Sequence record: LR999871
Origin: Escherichia phage vB_Eco_Jura
Length of the DNA: 64,000 nt
Strand: one strand, 5' to 3'
The notes under the pieces: generated by a model
What the model was told of the DNA's origin: nothing
The model's database searches: none
The model's input: only the letters and a program-made list of their open reading frames with translations
Made by a program: the position numbers and the translations under genes
Part shown: positions 27,114 to 47,371 of the stretch, piece after piece
Numbering within the stretch: position 1 is the first letter of the stretch
How the letters are laid out: each line of letters opens with the position of its first letter

Positions 27114-28319
27114 TTACAGCGGAGCTACAGTTTTAATAAGAGCCAGACGTTCTGGACGTTTAACCAGAATACCGTAGTACCATTTGATGCTGGAGAAGCC
27201 AGTTTCACCATATGGGTCATTACGGTCAGCAGTTTCTTTACCAGGCATCTTAGTCATAACGGTAAATTTAAGTGACTTACCGTCAGTCTGGAAGCCAATG
27301 GAGGTAAAGGAATCATCACCTACTACCAGCATTGGGTAAACGTCATAGTGCTCTTGGCCAGATACCATAGAGGTACGGTAACCAGGGTTAGCTCCAGTAG
27401 CCTGTGCACCAGCACCCGCCCAGTGCAGCATCTCTGGAACCTGAATGATACGGAACTTATCAATAGAACCGACTTCACCATTCATGATAGTACCTGCATC
27501 AGCATAGTGCTGAGTTTCGATAAAGGCTTTATTACCGAACAGGTCTTTCATTGCTTTCAGTTCTGGAACCAGTTCAGAACCTACATACATGACACGAGTA
27601 GCACCGATGACTTTAGTATCAATCATACGGGAACCAGTGATGATGGTAGTCTGAGTAGGAGTACGGTTCTCCGTCAGAATCTGGTCAAGACGCATCAGGT
27701 TCTTATAAGAAACTACAGACGGGGTAGAACCTTCACCAGTGATGGTGGAATCAGAAGTAGCAGCACCAGCATACAGAACAGTACCAGCAGCAGCCAGCAG
27801 GTCTTTTTGCAGTACAGCTTCAGTAATCTGAGTAGCACCATTCATCAGTTCACGGGACAGGTGTTCCATCAGGCCATCATCAGAATCGAAGTCAATAGAT
27901 TCCTGAGTGAACTCATAGAAGAAGCCAAACTTGTGAATAGAACCTTCACGAGCAATACGAGTAAAGCCAACACGGTTAACTCGACCACCGTTTTCAGTCA
28001 GTAGAGGCAGTTTGGAGGTAATGTTACCGATGTCTTTGCTGGAACCATACAGGTTACCGTTAACGATGGTAGCACCACTTGCATCAATACCCTGGTCATT
28101 GATGTTACGGTCATCCAGCAGAGGAACATATTCATATACCTTGATGGTCTTACCGTAATGCTTCGGCATGTTAGTTACAGAGGCCAGTGGCATGAAGTAC
28201 TGCTCTTTACGGGCAGTGATGATTGCTTTCTTCAGCCAGAAGAAGGTTTGCATCTGGTCAGAGTTAGCACCATCAATACTAGATTTCTGACCGTCAATAG
28301 GAGCGTTATAGTTCAACAT
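27114..28319 (-). CDS. major capsid protein candidate (401 aa)
   Basis: ATG preceded by AAGGAA; size, position between scaffold-like and head genes, and the downstream attenuator hairpin fit an abundant capsid protein; no alignment done. Confidence 0.6.
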   Translation of the reverse strand: MLNYNAPIDGQKSSIDGANSDQMQTFFWLKKAIITARKEQYFMPLASVTNMPKHYGKTIKVYEYVPLLDDRNINDQGIDASGATIVNGNLYGSSKDIGNITSKLPLLTENGGRVNRVGFTRIAREGSIHKFGFFYEFTQESIDFDSDDGLMEHLSRELMNGATQITEAVLQKDLLAAAGTVLYAGAATSDSTITGEGSTPSVVSYKNLMRLDQILTENRTPTQTTIITGSRMIDTKVIGATRVMYVGSELVPELKAMKDLFGNKAFIETQHYADAGTIMNGEVGSIDKFRIIQVPEMLHWAGAGAQATGANPGYRTSMVSGQEHYDVYPMLVVGDDSFTSIGFQTDGKSLKFTVMTKMPGKETADRNDPYGETGFSSIKWYYGILVKRPERLALIKTVAPL

Positions 28320-28330
28320 GTCTCAATTCC

Positions 28331-29548
28331 TTATAGGCCGTTCAGCCGAGGTAGTTTCATAAAGTCCTCGTCACTCATTGCAAGAGGATTAACAAGGACT
28401 TCTGTCTTACGCGGTGTAACCCGTGATGGGGATGCCGCTGCTGCCTGTTGAGTATTAGTGATTTCAGACTTAGGAGTTGCAACACGAGTTGCTACTGGCT
28501 GAACCACTGGTTTAGGTTGTTCAACAGGTTTCTGCTTAATCAAATCATTAAAACCACCATTAGCAGCAAGGTAGTTACCGACTTGATTATAAGCATCCAG
28601 GAATGCTGTACCGATTGGGATTTGGCCTAAGATTTTGAGTCGTTCAATTTCAGAAACAATACGGTCGTAAATACCGTTAGCTTTCTGTTCAACGATGGTA
28701 TTAACCAGACCACGATTTTCCAGCAATGCCTGTTTGCTGTGGTCATCCCACGTAGTCGAAATTAACTGAAGAGTAGCTTGTCCTTCTGGAGTGGATTTAG
28801 CATCTTCCAGTTCGGTTGCAAATGCTGCTTCAGCATCTGACACACGGTGATTACCAGCTTGGTATTTAACTTCCTCTTCTGGATTAATATCCAGAACATC
28901 AATACCAGATTCTTTAACCAACTTCTTAATAGCATCAGGATTCCCTTTAACTAAATCGATAGCATAAGAGAGTTGCCCTTCATCTAATAATCCGTTGTTT
29001 TCTAACATCAGGAGATACTTACGATACGGCTGAATCTCCTGCATTTTACGGGTATAGTTAGCTCCCATTTGCATCAGGCTAATGACCTCTTCAGGACTCT
29101 GAGGAGTAATCATTTTGCCGTTAGCTTTAAACGGAGCCATTATCCGTTCATAACCAGCCTTATAGTCGAAGTCAGTTTTCTGGTCTGATACCTGCTTGTC
29201 TTCTTCTACTTTTGCTTGGCCTTGCTCAGTAGTAGAAGGTGCATTATCAGTAGCAGGCTTACTGTTGCTGTCAACCTTATTTGGGTCAACTGTAGCACTA
29301 TCATTACCAGTTGTGAATGCATCTGAATTGCTTTCTGATTCAGAAGTATTTTCTACTTCAGTTGGTTCAGTAGTTACTTCTGGTTCATCAGTTTGTTCAA
29401 CTTCAACAATTGGGTCTGGTTGTGCAGGAGTATTATTTTCTACCGGTTCCGGGTTGTTCTGAATGCTTGATGGACCAGGCATGTTCAGAATCTCTTCATC
29501 CGACATTTTAAAAATGTCGGAAGCTGTTTTTGCAGCTTCCGTAGTCAT
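28331..29548 (-). CDS. acidic low-complexity protein (405 aa), scaffolding-like candidate
   Basis: ATG preceded by GGAG; N-terminal 130 aa are strongly acidic and low-complexity (EPEVTTEPTEVENTSESESNSD...); sits between portal and capsid genes. Confidence 0.5.
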   Translation of the reverse strand: MTTEAAKTASDIFKMSDEEILNMPGPSSIQNNPEPVENNTPAQPDPIVEVEQTDEPEVTTEPTEVENTSESESNSDAFTTGNDSATVDPNKVDSNSKPATDNAPSTTEQGQAKVEEDKQVSDQKTDFDYKAGYERIMAPFKANGKMITPQSPEEVISLMQMGANYTRKMQEIQPYRKYLLMLENNGLLDEGQLSYAIDLVKGNPDAIKKLVKESGIDVLDINPEEEVKYQAGNHRVSDAEAAFATELEDAKSTPEGQATLQLISTTWDDHSKQALLENRGLVNTIVEQKANGIYDRIVSEIERLKILGQIPIGTAFLDAYNQVGNYLAANGGFNDLIKQKPVEQPKPVVQPVATRVATPKSEITNTQQAAAASPSRVTPRKTEVLVNPLAMSDEDFMKLPRLNGL

Positions 29549-29573
29549 GGGAGTATCTCCGAGTTAGGATTAA

Positions 29574-29921
29574 TTAAACTTCTTCAGGTTCACCACGAGC
29601 AACATCCAATGCATTCTCAATATCTGATTGGACACCTACCAGTGTTTCTGCTTTCTGAAGAGTAATTTCCAGGTAACGTTTTAAACAACCAGCAGCTTGA
29701 GCCATAGCAAGAGCATCAGCACGTTGACGGTCTTCAAGCAATGGGTCACAGGATTCTTGTACGTAACGAGCACAGTCTACAGTACAGAATTGCTCAAGAA
29801 TTACTTTACGGAAAAGGGAATTACCCATCAGCTTACGAACATCTTCTGCATAAGCACGAGCAGCTTTAATACCCTTCAGTTGATGTTCCAGTCCTTCAAT
29901 TTCTTTTTCTTTGCTGTACAT
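29574..29921 (-). CDS. hypothetical head-module protein (115 aa)
   Basis: ATG-initiated ORF between the portal gene and the scaffold-like gene. Confidence 0.55.
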   Translation of the reverse strand: MYSKEKEIEGLEHQLKGIKAARAYAEDVRKLMGNSLFRKVILEQFCTVDCARYVQESCDPLLEDRQRADALAMAQAAGCLKRYLEITLQKAETLVGVQSDIENALDVARGEPEEV

Positions 29922-29923
29922 AA

Positions 29924-32707
<2,784 letters not shown>

Positions 32708-32727
<20 letters not shown>

Positions 32728-33334
32728 TACACCTCTCCAGAGGGACATTACCAATACGATTAGCAATCCATCCTGTAGTGTACTCAGGCATATTAAGAGA
32801 TAAATAGTAGTTTAACTGTTTACCATCCAGAGACTTCAAAATGAGCTTACAGGCTTCTACTTTGCCTCGTTTATTCTGAAGGCTTTTATATGCACTTAGA
32901 GTTCCAGAACCGACTTTACCATCAACTTGTATTTTAGGGTAGTCTTTGCCATTTCTGGAGAAAGCATTAAGAGATTCTTGTAACCAACGAGATGGTCTTG
33001 CAGGTCCAGTATTAACACCAGCATCTACTAGTTTTTCTGTTACCGCTGGTGATACATCTGCAAACTTAACAAAGCCAGGCTTCAAGATGTAATCGTTGTA
33101 ATAAATACTTGATGCCATTTCCTGAGTTAAGTTCTTCATTGAACCATCCCAGTTATACATCGACTCTAGTTCTTGCTTATGCTTTTGAGCAACCTGAATA
33201 GTTACACCATGATTAGTTTCACCTCCTGGGTCTTTGGGGTCATTAACGTATCCACCCTCAACAGCAAATACAGCAGCAATGATTGCTGCAATAACCCCTC
33301 CAACACCGCCAACCTTCTTCTTACTTATTGCCAC
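32708..33334 (-). CDS. endolysin, GH108-type N-acetylmuramidase with N-terminal hydrophobic signal-anchor segment
   Basis: Start codon reads as GTG preceded by AGGAGG. N-terminal KKKVGGVGGVIAAIIAAVFAV then EGGYVNDPKDPGGETNHGVT (the GH108 EGGY...D.GG.T.GIT signature); C-terminal part resembles a peptidoglycan-binding module. Confidence 0.7.
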
Positions 33335-33584
33335 ACCAATCCTCCTTTGGTTTCAAACGAACCAGTCGGCAAATAATATTCAGCACAAAGAGTGCTATAG
33401 CAATGTTATTGCCATGTGGAATATCTTTGAGGATATGTTGGGGTAATGCAGAGAAAGAACTGGATAAGACATCCACACAAGAGAAGAACAATATTGCTAA
33501 TGTGCTAATCTGAATAGATGCCCATTTCCAACAACGTTTCCAATTAGGAACCATTTCCACATGTTTGGTTAACTTGCGAACCAT
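33321..33584 (-). CDS. holin candidate (about 87 aa, two TM segments)
   Basis: Track ORF trimmed to the ATG at 33584 (after GGGAG). Two hydrophobic helices (ISTLAILFFSCVDVL, IAIALFVLNIICRLV) and a basic C-terminus, immediately upstream of the endolysin. Confidence 0.4.
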   Translation of the reverse strand: MVRKLTKHVEMVPNWKRCWKWASIQISTLAILFFSCVDVLSSSFSALPQHILKDIPHGNNIAIALFVLNIICRLVRLKPKEDWCGNK

Positions 33585-33901
33585 GCAAAAATCTCCCGTC
33601 TGGCAGCAGCCAGTATACCAATAATGATACCTGCTCCAGCCCATACCCATTTACCAAACAATCCAGCACCAACAACTTTGTGTTTGATGGTAATGAACTC
33701 TTCAATAGTAGGGGCAGACTCAGCCAGAGACTTTTCTACATTCTCTAGTCGAGTGTCCATCTTATTAATAGACAGTTGAAGGTTACGTACAGCATCATCT
33801 AAATCTTGCCGAGATTTAGCATCACGGGCATTATTTTCGAAGAGTGTCTTCATACGTTCCTCCATTCGAGCTAGGAGCACCTCTACGGATTCATGACTCA
33901 T
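33569..33901 (-). CDS. lysis-cassette membrane protein (110 aa; holin/antiholin candidate)
   Basis: ATG preceded by AAGGA; cytoplasmic coiled-coil N-terminus and a single C-terminal TM (GKWVWAGAGIIIGILAAA). Confidence 0.45.
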   Translation of the reverse strand: MSHESVEVLLARMEERMKTLFENNARDAKSRQDLDDAVRNLQLSINKMDTRLENVEKSLAESAPTIEEFITIKHKVVGAGLFGKWVWAGAGIIIGILAAARREIFAWFAS

Positions 33902-33914
33902 GCTAAATCCTTAT

Positions 33915-33938
33915 CGAAAAAGCCGGGTATCCCCGGCT
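33915..33938 (-). terminator. terminator/attenuator upstream of the lysis cassette
   Basis: Stem AGCCGGG/CCCGGCT with loop TATC, followed on the minus strand by TTTTT, 14 nt before the 33901 start. Confidence 0.45.
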
Positions 33939-34004
33939 CTGTTAGTCCTAATGAACAGAGAGTGTGTTTATACACCCGTCAAATAGTACCGATATTTACT
34001 AATA

Positions 34005-35261
<1,257 letters not shown>

Positions 35262-35290
35262 TTAATACCCCCATTGCTGGGGGTTCCTTG

Positions 35291-41864
<6,574 letters not shown>

Positions 41865-43457
41865 TCACACGATATATGAAGAGAGTGGGTTAACACTTCC
41901 AGTATCATCACCATCATCCCACAATGGGTCACCTGATGTATTAACTGGAACCATACCTGCTTGTGGTTTCCACGGGTTCAGGTAGCCAAGCATTGAAATG
42001 GTATCAATACAGTCATCCTTACCTTTAAGACCATTGATAGTGGCTAAACGAATTTGCCCCATAAAGAGTGTCATGATTGGGCTATCTTTCATCTCAGCAG
42101 GAAAATACATCTTACCAGCTTTGAACCAGGGAACCACGAGGTTAAACCTTGATAGCTTACTGGTTACAGGATGAATACCAGGTTGACCTCCACGACTGGA
42201 TGCAAAGTTAAAGAACACATTACGGTTAAGCATTTCCTTCTGAAGAAGACAAATAAAACCACCTTGCTGTCCAGTAGTTTCTACACCAACTTGTTGTGGT
42301 TGATATTCCTGAACCAGACGGAATAAGTCATCAAAGTTCTTATCCATAGTTTGACGGCAAGCAATACCATCTACCCAGAACCAGTCACCGTTAGAACCAT
42401 ATGCCCATACTGATATTACAGAGTAGTCAGATACCTGCTTCTCGCTGGTAGCAAAGTCAGTGGTGATATAGAAGTTATAACAAGAACGTAGACGTAATAG
42501 CTGCGTACGGGAATACCATTTAATCTCTGAATCTTGAATCAGACGTTCATCTTCAGAGCTGATACGTAACATCAATTCCTGATAAAAGGATGCCAGCTTA
42601 CCTGTCTTCAATGCCATCTGGTATTGGTCATTGATGTAGTCATAGGAGAAACGGTCTTCCCAAGCACCTTGAAATTCTTCTCGCGTACATGGGAATTTCT
42701 CACATACAGGCCATACGTTGACATCCCAAGCACCAGATTCAACTGCTTCAATAAGAATATCTTCCTTATTAAAGGGAGTACCATTAAAGATTACCTTACG
42801 TCTTGTTGGGTCAAGAGCATGGTTCACACCCTTATATACCGTGTCTTTAATGGCTTCCATTGATGTACGTGAGCGAGCATCATCATCGCTAACTAAGTCA
42901 TCCAGTACACAAAGAACAGGACGTTTACCAAAAATCTTAGTACCACGAAGACCTGTCTTAGCACCAAACATCTTCACACCAAGACGGTGACCTTCAGCAT
43001 TTACAAACTCAAGGTAGTTATCTGTGAAGGTAGCTTTAGGAATCCATTGTTGTAGGAATGGTGAATTGTTGTATCGAAACTCAATGTTCTTACGGGCAGA
43101 CTTAACACCGTTATCCATAGAGTCAGATACATAAATCATTCCCTCTACTTTACCCAAGCTAGGTAGATGCCCAAACACCGCTAAGAACAGAGTAAAGTAT
43201 TCCATGAACAAAGTTGTCTTTGCTGCACCACGGAAACATAAGTTAGCAATGTACTGATTCTTACTGGTTATCTTATCCAGCATCTTTAAGTGAACAGGAG
43301 GGGTTTTGTTTGATTCCCCCTCCTTACCATTAACCAGCTTAATAAAGTTAGCAAAGGTCAGTGCAAACTCAGTTGGTATATACGTAGGGGTATTCAGAAC
43401 GGAATAGTCCACTTGGTCTAGCCATTCATCCAACTCCTGTTTAATTAGTTCAGACAT
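41865..43457 (-). CDS. terminase large subunit candidate (about 530 aa)
   Basis: Track start 43499 is TTG; first ATG at 43457 follows GAGGA and overlaps the upstream stop (ATGTCTGA). Walker A-like CFRGAAKTT, Walker B-like VLCVLDDLVSDDD, acidic C-terminal nuclease-like region. Confidence 0.65.
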   Translation of the reverse strand: MSELIKQELDEWLDQVDYSVLNTPTYIPTEFALTFANFIKLVNGKEGESNKTPPVHLKMLDKITSKNQYIANLCFRGAAKTTLFMEYFTLFLAVFGHLPSLGKVEGMIYVSDSMDNGVKSARKNIEFRYNNSPFLQQWIPKATFTDNYLEFVNAEGHRLGVKMFGAKTGLRGTKIFGKRPVLCVLDDLVSDDDARSRTSMEAIKDTVYKGVNHALDPTRRKVIFNGTPFNKEDILIEAVESGAWDVNVWPVCEKFPCTREEFQGAWEDRFSYDYINDQYQMALKTGKLASFYQELMLRISSEDERLIQDSEIKWYSRTQLLRLRSCYNFYITTDFATSEKQVSDYSVISVWAYGSNGDWFWVDGIACRQTMDKNFDDLFRLVQEYQPQQVGVETTGQQGGFICLLQKEMLNRNVFFNFASSRGGQPGIHPVTSKLSRFNLVVPWFKAGKMYFPAEMKDSPIMTLFMGQIRLATINGLKGKDDCIDTISMLGYLNPWKPQAGMVPVNTSGDPLWDDGDDTGSVNPLSSYIV

Positions 43458-44142
43458 CAATAATATCCTCGTCTTCTCGAACCAGTGTGGAACCTGCAAT
43501 TACTTTAGTAGGTGTACCGGCTTCAATAGCTGCTTTCTGAGCCTCAGCCAACTGGGTTAGTGTGTTCTTGAGTTCAGTCAATCCAGAGTTTTCTCTCAAA
43601 TCCAGATTGATATTAGTAACAGCATCCTTCGGTTTCTGGAGGTGAGTAAGGATAGAGTTGGCAGCATCACACTGTACCTTCTCACTGGTAGCATTCTTCA
43701 TGAGCCATGCCTGATGGTTCAATGCTTCCTGAAACAAATCCTGATTAACAATCCATACTGGAATCAGTGATTGTTCCATAATGAGGTTTACTAACTTACC
43801 TCTATGGTAAGCAGATACATAAGCAGAGATGTCCTTCTCACTGGTTCCCCTTGCTACTAATTCAGCTTGTCTGTTGGGGAATGTTTTGAAGTAAGCATCT
43901 TTGTTGCTATACCCCATGTGTTTGTAAGTAACATATTGAACAGCATTAAGGTAATCCTGGGTCTTAAACTTCCCATCCTTCATCACCCCAGCATAAGTCA
44001 CAAAGTTATTTCTAATTTGCTCTGCTGCTGTCTGGTCTTGGGTCACATTGTTAATCATGTTTACCAGTTGGTCAGTAACACTGCTTTTAAACTGGGGAGG
44101 CAATGCAGAAACAATGTCTTTCTTCGTCAGTAGTGTGCTCAT
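43450..44142 (-). CDS. terminase small subunit candidate (230 aa)
   Basis: First gene of the minus-strand operon (ATG after AGGAAG), directly upstream of and overlapping the large terminase; by position only. Confidence 0.35.
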   Translation of the reverse strand: MSTLLTKKDIVSALPPQFKSSVTDQLVNMINNVTQDQTAAEQIRNNFVTYAGVMKDGKFKTQDYLNAVQYVTYKHMGYSNKDAYFKTFPNRQAELVARGTSEKDISAYVSAYHRGKLVNLIMEQSLIPVWIVNQDLFQEALNHQAWLMKNATSEKVQCDAANSILTHLQKPKDAVTNINLDLRENSGLTELKNTLTQLAEAQKAAIEAGTPTKVIAGSTLVREDEDIIDV

Positions 44143-44269
44143 AGTCTTCCTACAAATTATCTAGAGTGAAGAGGATTCTTTTCTTGGGGTTAGCACCCCT
44201 TGCAGAAACCTATACATAGATTTAGACTTTAGACTTTCTTTAGTCTCCTTACAATAGTAAGACAGAGAC

Positions 44270-44611
44270 ATGGGGAGCCTATTGCCCAAAGGAACCAGTA
44301 ACATGAGACTATTCTATAGTTTTGACGGTAATGACCAATGGAATGAGATAGACTTCAGTAAAATAGGTGGAGCTATCCCAGTTGGAGGGGCTATGCCAGG
44401 TGACCATATCTTATGTCACGATGAGGAGTCTTTCCATTACATCTCAGGTATGATGTTAATCAATAACGTCACTGGGTTTACTGTCCATAAACCTGCACCA
44501 GTACGTGTCATTACCAAGCCTATCGAGGGTCTTGCATTCTTTACAAGAATACCTCAAAGTATCTCTATCAAACGACAGCGTGACGCCATCGAGATGACCG
44601 TGGTTGCTTGA
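44270..44611 (+). CDS. hypothetical protein (113 aa)
   Basis: ATG-initiated ORF, weak SD; first plus-strand gene after the divergent junction. Confidence 0.4.
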   Translation: MGSLLPKGTSNMRLFYSFDGNDQWNEIDFSKIGGAIPVGGAMPGDHILCHDEESFHYISGMMLINNVTGFTVHKPAPVRVITKPIEGLAFFTRIPQSISIKRQRDAIEMTVVA

Positions 44612-44774
44612 TAAGCCATTGCCCGCCCAGGAGTTGGTGGCGGGAAACAGGGAACTGTTTGAATAACCACTCCAGCTACATTCACCTATCTCCAAGACAC
44701 CTTTGTTATCTGCCATTGGGTGATGAGTAGTATCAGAGAGAACTGATTTAACAAACACACTCGGTATAGGAATT

Positions 44775-44797
44775 GGGAGCCAAATGGCTCCCTTTTT
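44775..44797 (+). terminator. rho-independent terminator
   Basis: Stem GGGAGCC/GGCTCCC with loop AAAT, then TTTTT. Confidence 0.6.
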
Positions 44798-44821
44798 CTT
44801 TTATGAACCAAGGAGTTCTAT

Positions 44822-45187
44822 ATGAACATTCGTCCTAATGAAGTTTATGGTATCAACCTAGAATACACTACAAACAAACCTGCTCTATTTCACTGTGGTT
44901 CCACCAATCTATTCCATGCTATGTGTGGTAATACCAAACCTCTTTACTTACCCGAATCAGACGATACTCATGCCCTACTAGGTAACTGGTTCTTAGAAGG
45001 TAAAGACATTAGTACCATTCTCCTTGAACCAAGGAAGAAAGTAGCAATACCTACTAATGCATGGAATAACGAAGTCATTTACTTCCTCGCACCTGAAGGC
45101 TTTGAACCAGTGATAGAACAGAATCACTTTAATCATGCAGTTACTTTCTACTTCAGAGAGACTTCAAAGTTATCTGCTTATAAATAA
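44822..45187 (+). CDS. hypothetical protein (121 aa)
   Basis: ATG preceded by AAGGAG at optimal spacing. Confidence 0.6.
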   Translation: MNIRPNEVYGINLEYTTNKPALFHCGSTNLFHAMCGNTKPLYLPESDDTHALLGNWFLEGKDISTILLEPRKKVAIPTNAWNNEVIYFLAPEGFEPVIEQNHFNHAVTFYFRETSKLSAYK

Positions 45188-45195
45188 GGAAAGCT

Positions 45196-45324
45196 ATGTG
45201 GTATATAACAGTTAAAGGTTTACCCGAACCAGTGATGATAGATAGCCTGGCATTCGTAGAAGTAGGTCATCCTATTCTTATAGAAGGTAAGTTGTATGAA
45301 GTTGTTAGTATTTATAAGAGATAA
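45196..45324 (+). CDS. candidate small protein (42 aa), absent from the ORF track
   Basis: ATG 4 nt after AAGGAAA; encodes MWYITVKGLPEPVMIDSLAFVEVGHPILIEGKLYEVVSIYKR. Confidence 0.4.
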   Translation: MWYITVKGLPEPVMIDSLAFVEVGHPILIEGKLYEVVSIYKR

Positions 45325-45432
45325 ATAGGAAGTCTATTAGATAGATACCCTATAATTTTTTCTTAGTGAAAATAGTCATAGTTACTTATGAGTTCAGTAT
45401 TTGGTGGGGCTACACCCCTTACACCATAAGCA

Positions 45433-45442
45433 CCCCCCCCCC
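45433..45442. repeat. poly(C) homopolymer tract (10 nt)
   Basis: Uninterrupted run of 10 C in the non-coding stretch 45325-45555, about 50 bp upstream of hairpin motif copy 1. Confidence 0.8.
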
Positions 45443-45491
45443 TGTCTTTACTAGTGTAGCCTTAGCCTACCCCACCTTGTACACGTTACAC

Positions 45492-45510
45492 GTTGCTTCG
45501 CAACTTATGG
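45492..45510 (+). promoter_or_regulatory. hairpin promoter candidate 1 (virion-RNAP type)
   Basis: GTTGC-TTC-GCAAC (5-bp stem, 3-nt loop) then CTTATGG; shares the 16-nt pattern GCT[CT]CGC-NN-CTT[TA]TGG with two other copies. 46 nt upstream of the ATG at 45556. Confidence 0.45.
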
Positions 45511-45555
45511 ACATGTTGTCCGTATCTTATCAATCAACTATTGGAGACTAATACT

Positions 45556-45882
45556 ATGACTACTCAGGCTAACGTTCGTATGACTGTAGGAACTCTGTTG
45601 GGTACTGTTAACGAAGCAGCAACTACTGTAGCTGATACATTCGGTACTGCTACTAAAGCAGTAGGTATGCTTAATCGTTATGTAACTAAACAAGCAGATA
45701 AACAAATCATTCGTGACAAATTAGAAATGCATGAGTTTACCAATAAACTTATTGAAGAAACTGCAATGCAAGAAGCTATTCGTCAGAAACAAATCTTAGA
45801 CTTCTGCAAAGATGAACAAAACAAAGAATTGTTCTCTAATGCCTATGACCGTCTTAGCAAAATCTTAGCAGACTCTAAATAA
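45556..45882 (+). CDS. early protein (108 aa), function unknown
   Basis: Track start 45493 is a TTG inside hairpin copy 1; first ATG at 45556 follows GGAG. Confidence 0.6.
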   Translation: MTTQANVRMTVGTLLGTVNEAATTVADTFGTATKAVGMLNRYVTKQADKQIIRDKLEMHEFTNKLIEETAMQEAIRQKQILDFCKDEQNKELFSNAYDRLSKILADSK

Positions 45883-45894
45883 TAACAAACAAAT

Positions 45895-45918
45895 GGAGGC
45901 TCCTCGGAGTCTCCTTTT
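45895..45918 (+). terminator. rho-independent terminator
   Basis: Stem GGAGGCTC/GAGTCTCC (one G-U) with loop CTCG, then TTTT; 13 nt after the 45882 stop. Confidence 0.5.
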
Positions 45919-45960
45919 ACATAGAACCGATAGTTCAATAACTATCTACTTTAAAGATAA

Positions 45961-45979
45961 GAAGCTCCGCTTCTTTTGG
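45961..45979 (+). promoter_or_regulatory. hairpin promoter candidate 2 (virion-RNAP type)
   Basis: GAAGC-TCC-GCTTC (5-bp stem, 3-nt loop) then CTTTTGG; core GCTCCGC-NN-CTTTTGG identical to copy 3. Confidence 0.45.
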
Positions 45980-46086
45980 ATGAAGTAATGCATCCAATCC
46001 TGTATGAAATCTTAACCTTTTGTCTGGGATTACTTACCGACAAAGTAGTCTCAACTAATCAAAATCAACTATCTGGAGAGTACAAA

Positions 46087-46473
46087 ATGGCTATCACTAC
46101 TTTTGCTAAAACCTTTGGTCAGGCTTCTACTAAAACCGAATCCAACAATGGTTCTCGTCCAAAAGCTCAGTTCTGGATTAACGTTGGCTATGTAGCTAAT
46201 GAAGGCACTGAAGATGAACGTTTCATCTCTCTGCCTACTGGTATTCCACTGGATACTCAGGAGCATCTGCCAACCAATTCCTCTAACGAAGACTTCCGTG
46301 CAATGCGTTGTGCACAGAACGATTTGTTAGACCAACTGATGGAATTTGCTAAGACTCTGGAACCGGGTCAAGAAGGAGTTATCTCACTGCAAGTTCAACT
46401 TCGTCGAGTTAAAGAAGAAGCTCCTGCTATCTCAGCAAGTGAGAATAAATATGCTCGTAAACTGACTTTCTAA
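46087..46473 (+). CDS. early protein (128 aa), function unknown
   Basis: Track start 45976 is the TTG inside the promoter motif; ATG at 46087 has a strong SD (GGAGAG, 7-nt spacing). An alternative ATG at 45988 has a weak SD. Confidence 0.55.
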
Positions 46474-46481
46474 TCTCTATA

Positions 46482-46506
46482 GGACTACCTTCGGGTAGTC
46501 CTTTTT
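46482..46506 (+). terminator. rho-independent terminator (UUCG tetraloop)
   Basis: Stem GGACTACC/GGTAGTCC, loop TTCG, then TTTTT; 9 nt after the 46473 stop. Confidence 0.7.
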
Positions 46507-46615
46507 AATTTTAACTATCTAAATACTAAAGTAGAGATTTTGACCCTTTTCGACGAAGGGATACTAAAAAGTAATGGATAGTTTGAGCAGATGTTTTAGA
46601 AGAAGGAGTATACAG

Positions 46616-46930
46616 ATGCATCCTCTTATAAAACGATTCCTGATGGACTATCAGGAGTGGTTAGATAATGGAGCCAGTGAACCTCATTACCTGTTTGATA
46701 GGGGTAGTGGACTGTGTGTTCAACTAGGCAAATATCTTAGAAGACAGCCAATCAGTGAAGAAACAGTAGATACTCTGTGTAAGAGCTTTACTCATTTACT
46801 TCCTGATAATGATACCAATCTACCATTCAATGTAGATGTTCTCGACTACATGATGGAATGTTCTGATGGAAGATGTCATCTGAACCAAAGTCGAATTAAT
46901 TGGATTAAGAGTCAGTTGGAGAGTAAGTAA
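46616..46930 (+). CDS. early protein (104 aa), function unknown
   Basis: Track ATG at 46574 has no SD; the in-frame ATG at 46616 follows AAGGAG. Confidence 0.55.
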   Translation: MHPLIKRFLMDYQEWLDNGASEPHYLFDRGSGLCVQLGKYLRRQPISEETVDTLCKSFTHLLPDNDTNLPFNVDVLDYMMECSDGRCHLNQSRINWIKSQLESK

Positions 46931-46933
46931 ATT

Positions 46934-47371
46934 ATGTCATATGAAATTGTAAAACATTGGACTTCTAAGGCTGGGCTGAAGGCTTGGGTATTGCTGGTAA
47001 ATGGTGGTAGCCATCATTGTGGTTATGTGGAAATACCAGAAGCATTACTGGATAAAAACTTCTATGACTATATATGTGATGATGAAGAAACACTTCATAT
47101 TACAGTACATGGTGGAGTTACCTATCAAGGTGTTCCTCAGTGGGCTGATGGGATTAAAGTCATAGGTTATGACTGTGCTCATGCAGGGGATAAACTGAAA
47201 TGTCCTAAACAATTCATTGGCTCTCTTAGGGAGAGACTCTATGAGGATTCTTATGGAGTATGGCGAGATGAAGAATACTGCATCAATGAATGTGAAAGCA
47301 TGGCAGACCAGTTAATTAACCTGATACCAAAATTAGGGTTTAACGATGAAATTCAGAACAGTAATGGTTAA
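46934..47371 (+). CDS. early protein (145 aa), His/Cys-rich, function unknown
   Basis: ATG-initiated; contains HHCGYV, VHGG, GYDCAHAGD, suggesting a metal site; no family recognised. Confidence 0.55.
   Translation: MSYEIVKHWTSKAGLKAWVLLVNGGSHHCGYVEIPEALLDKNFYDYICDDEETLHITVHGGVTYQGVPQWADGIKVIGYDCAHAGDKLKCPKQFIGSLRERLYEDSYGVWRDEEYCINECESMADQLINLIPKLGFNDEIQNSNG

Noticed and set aside
44186-44199. GGGGT-TAGC-ACCCC hairpin as an additional virion-RNAP promoter
   Set aside because: It has a 4-nt loop and lacks the conserved core and downstream CTTTTGG block of the three motif copies; more likely part of the divergent late/early control region.
45895-45918. Fourth copy of the hairpin promoter motif
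   Set aside because: It has a short-loop hairpin followed by CTTTT, but lacks the GCT[CT]CGC core and the TGG end of the motif and sits 13 nt after a stop codon; it fits a terminator better.
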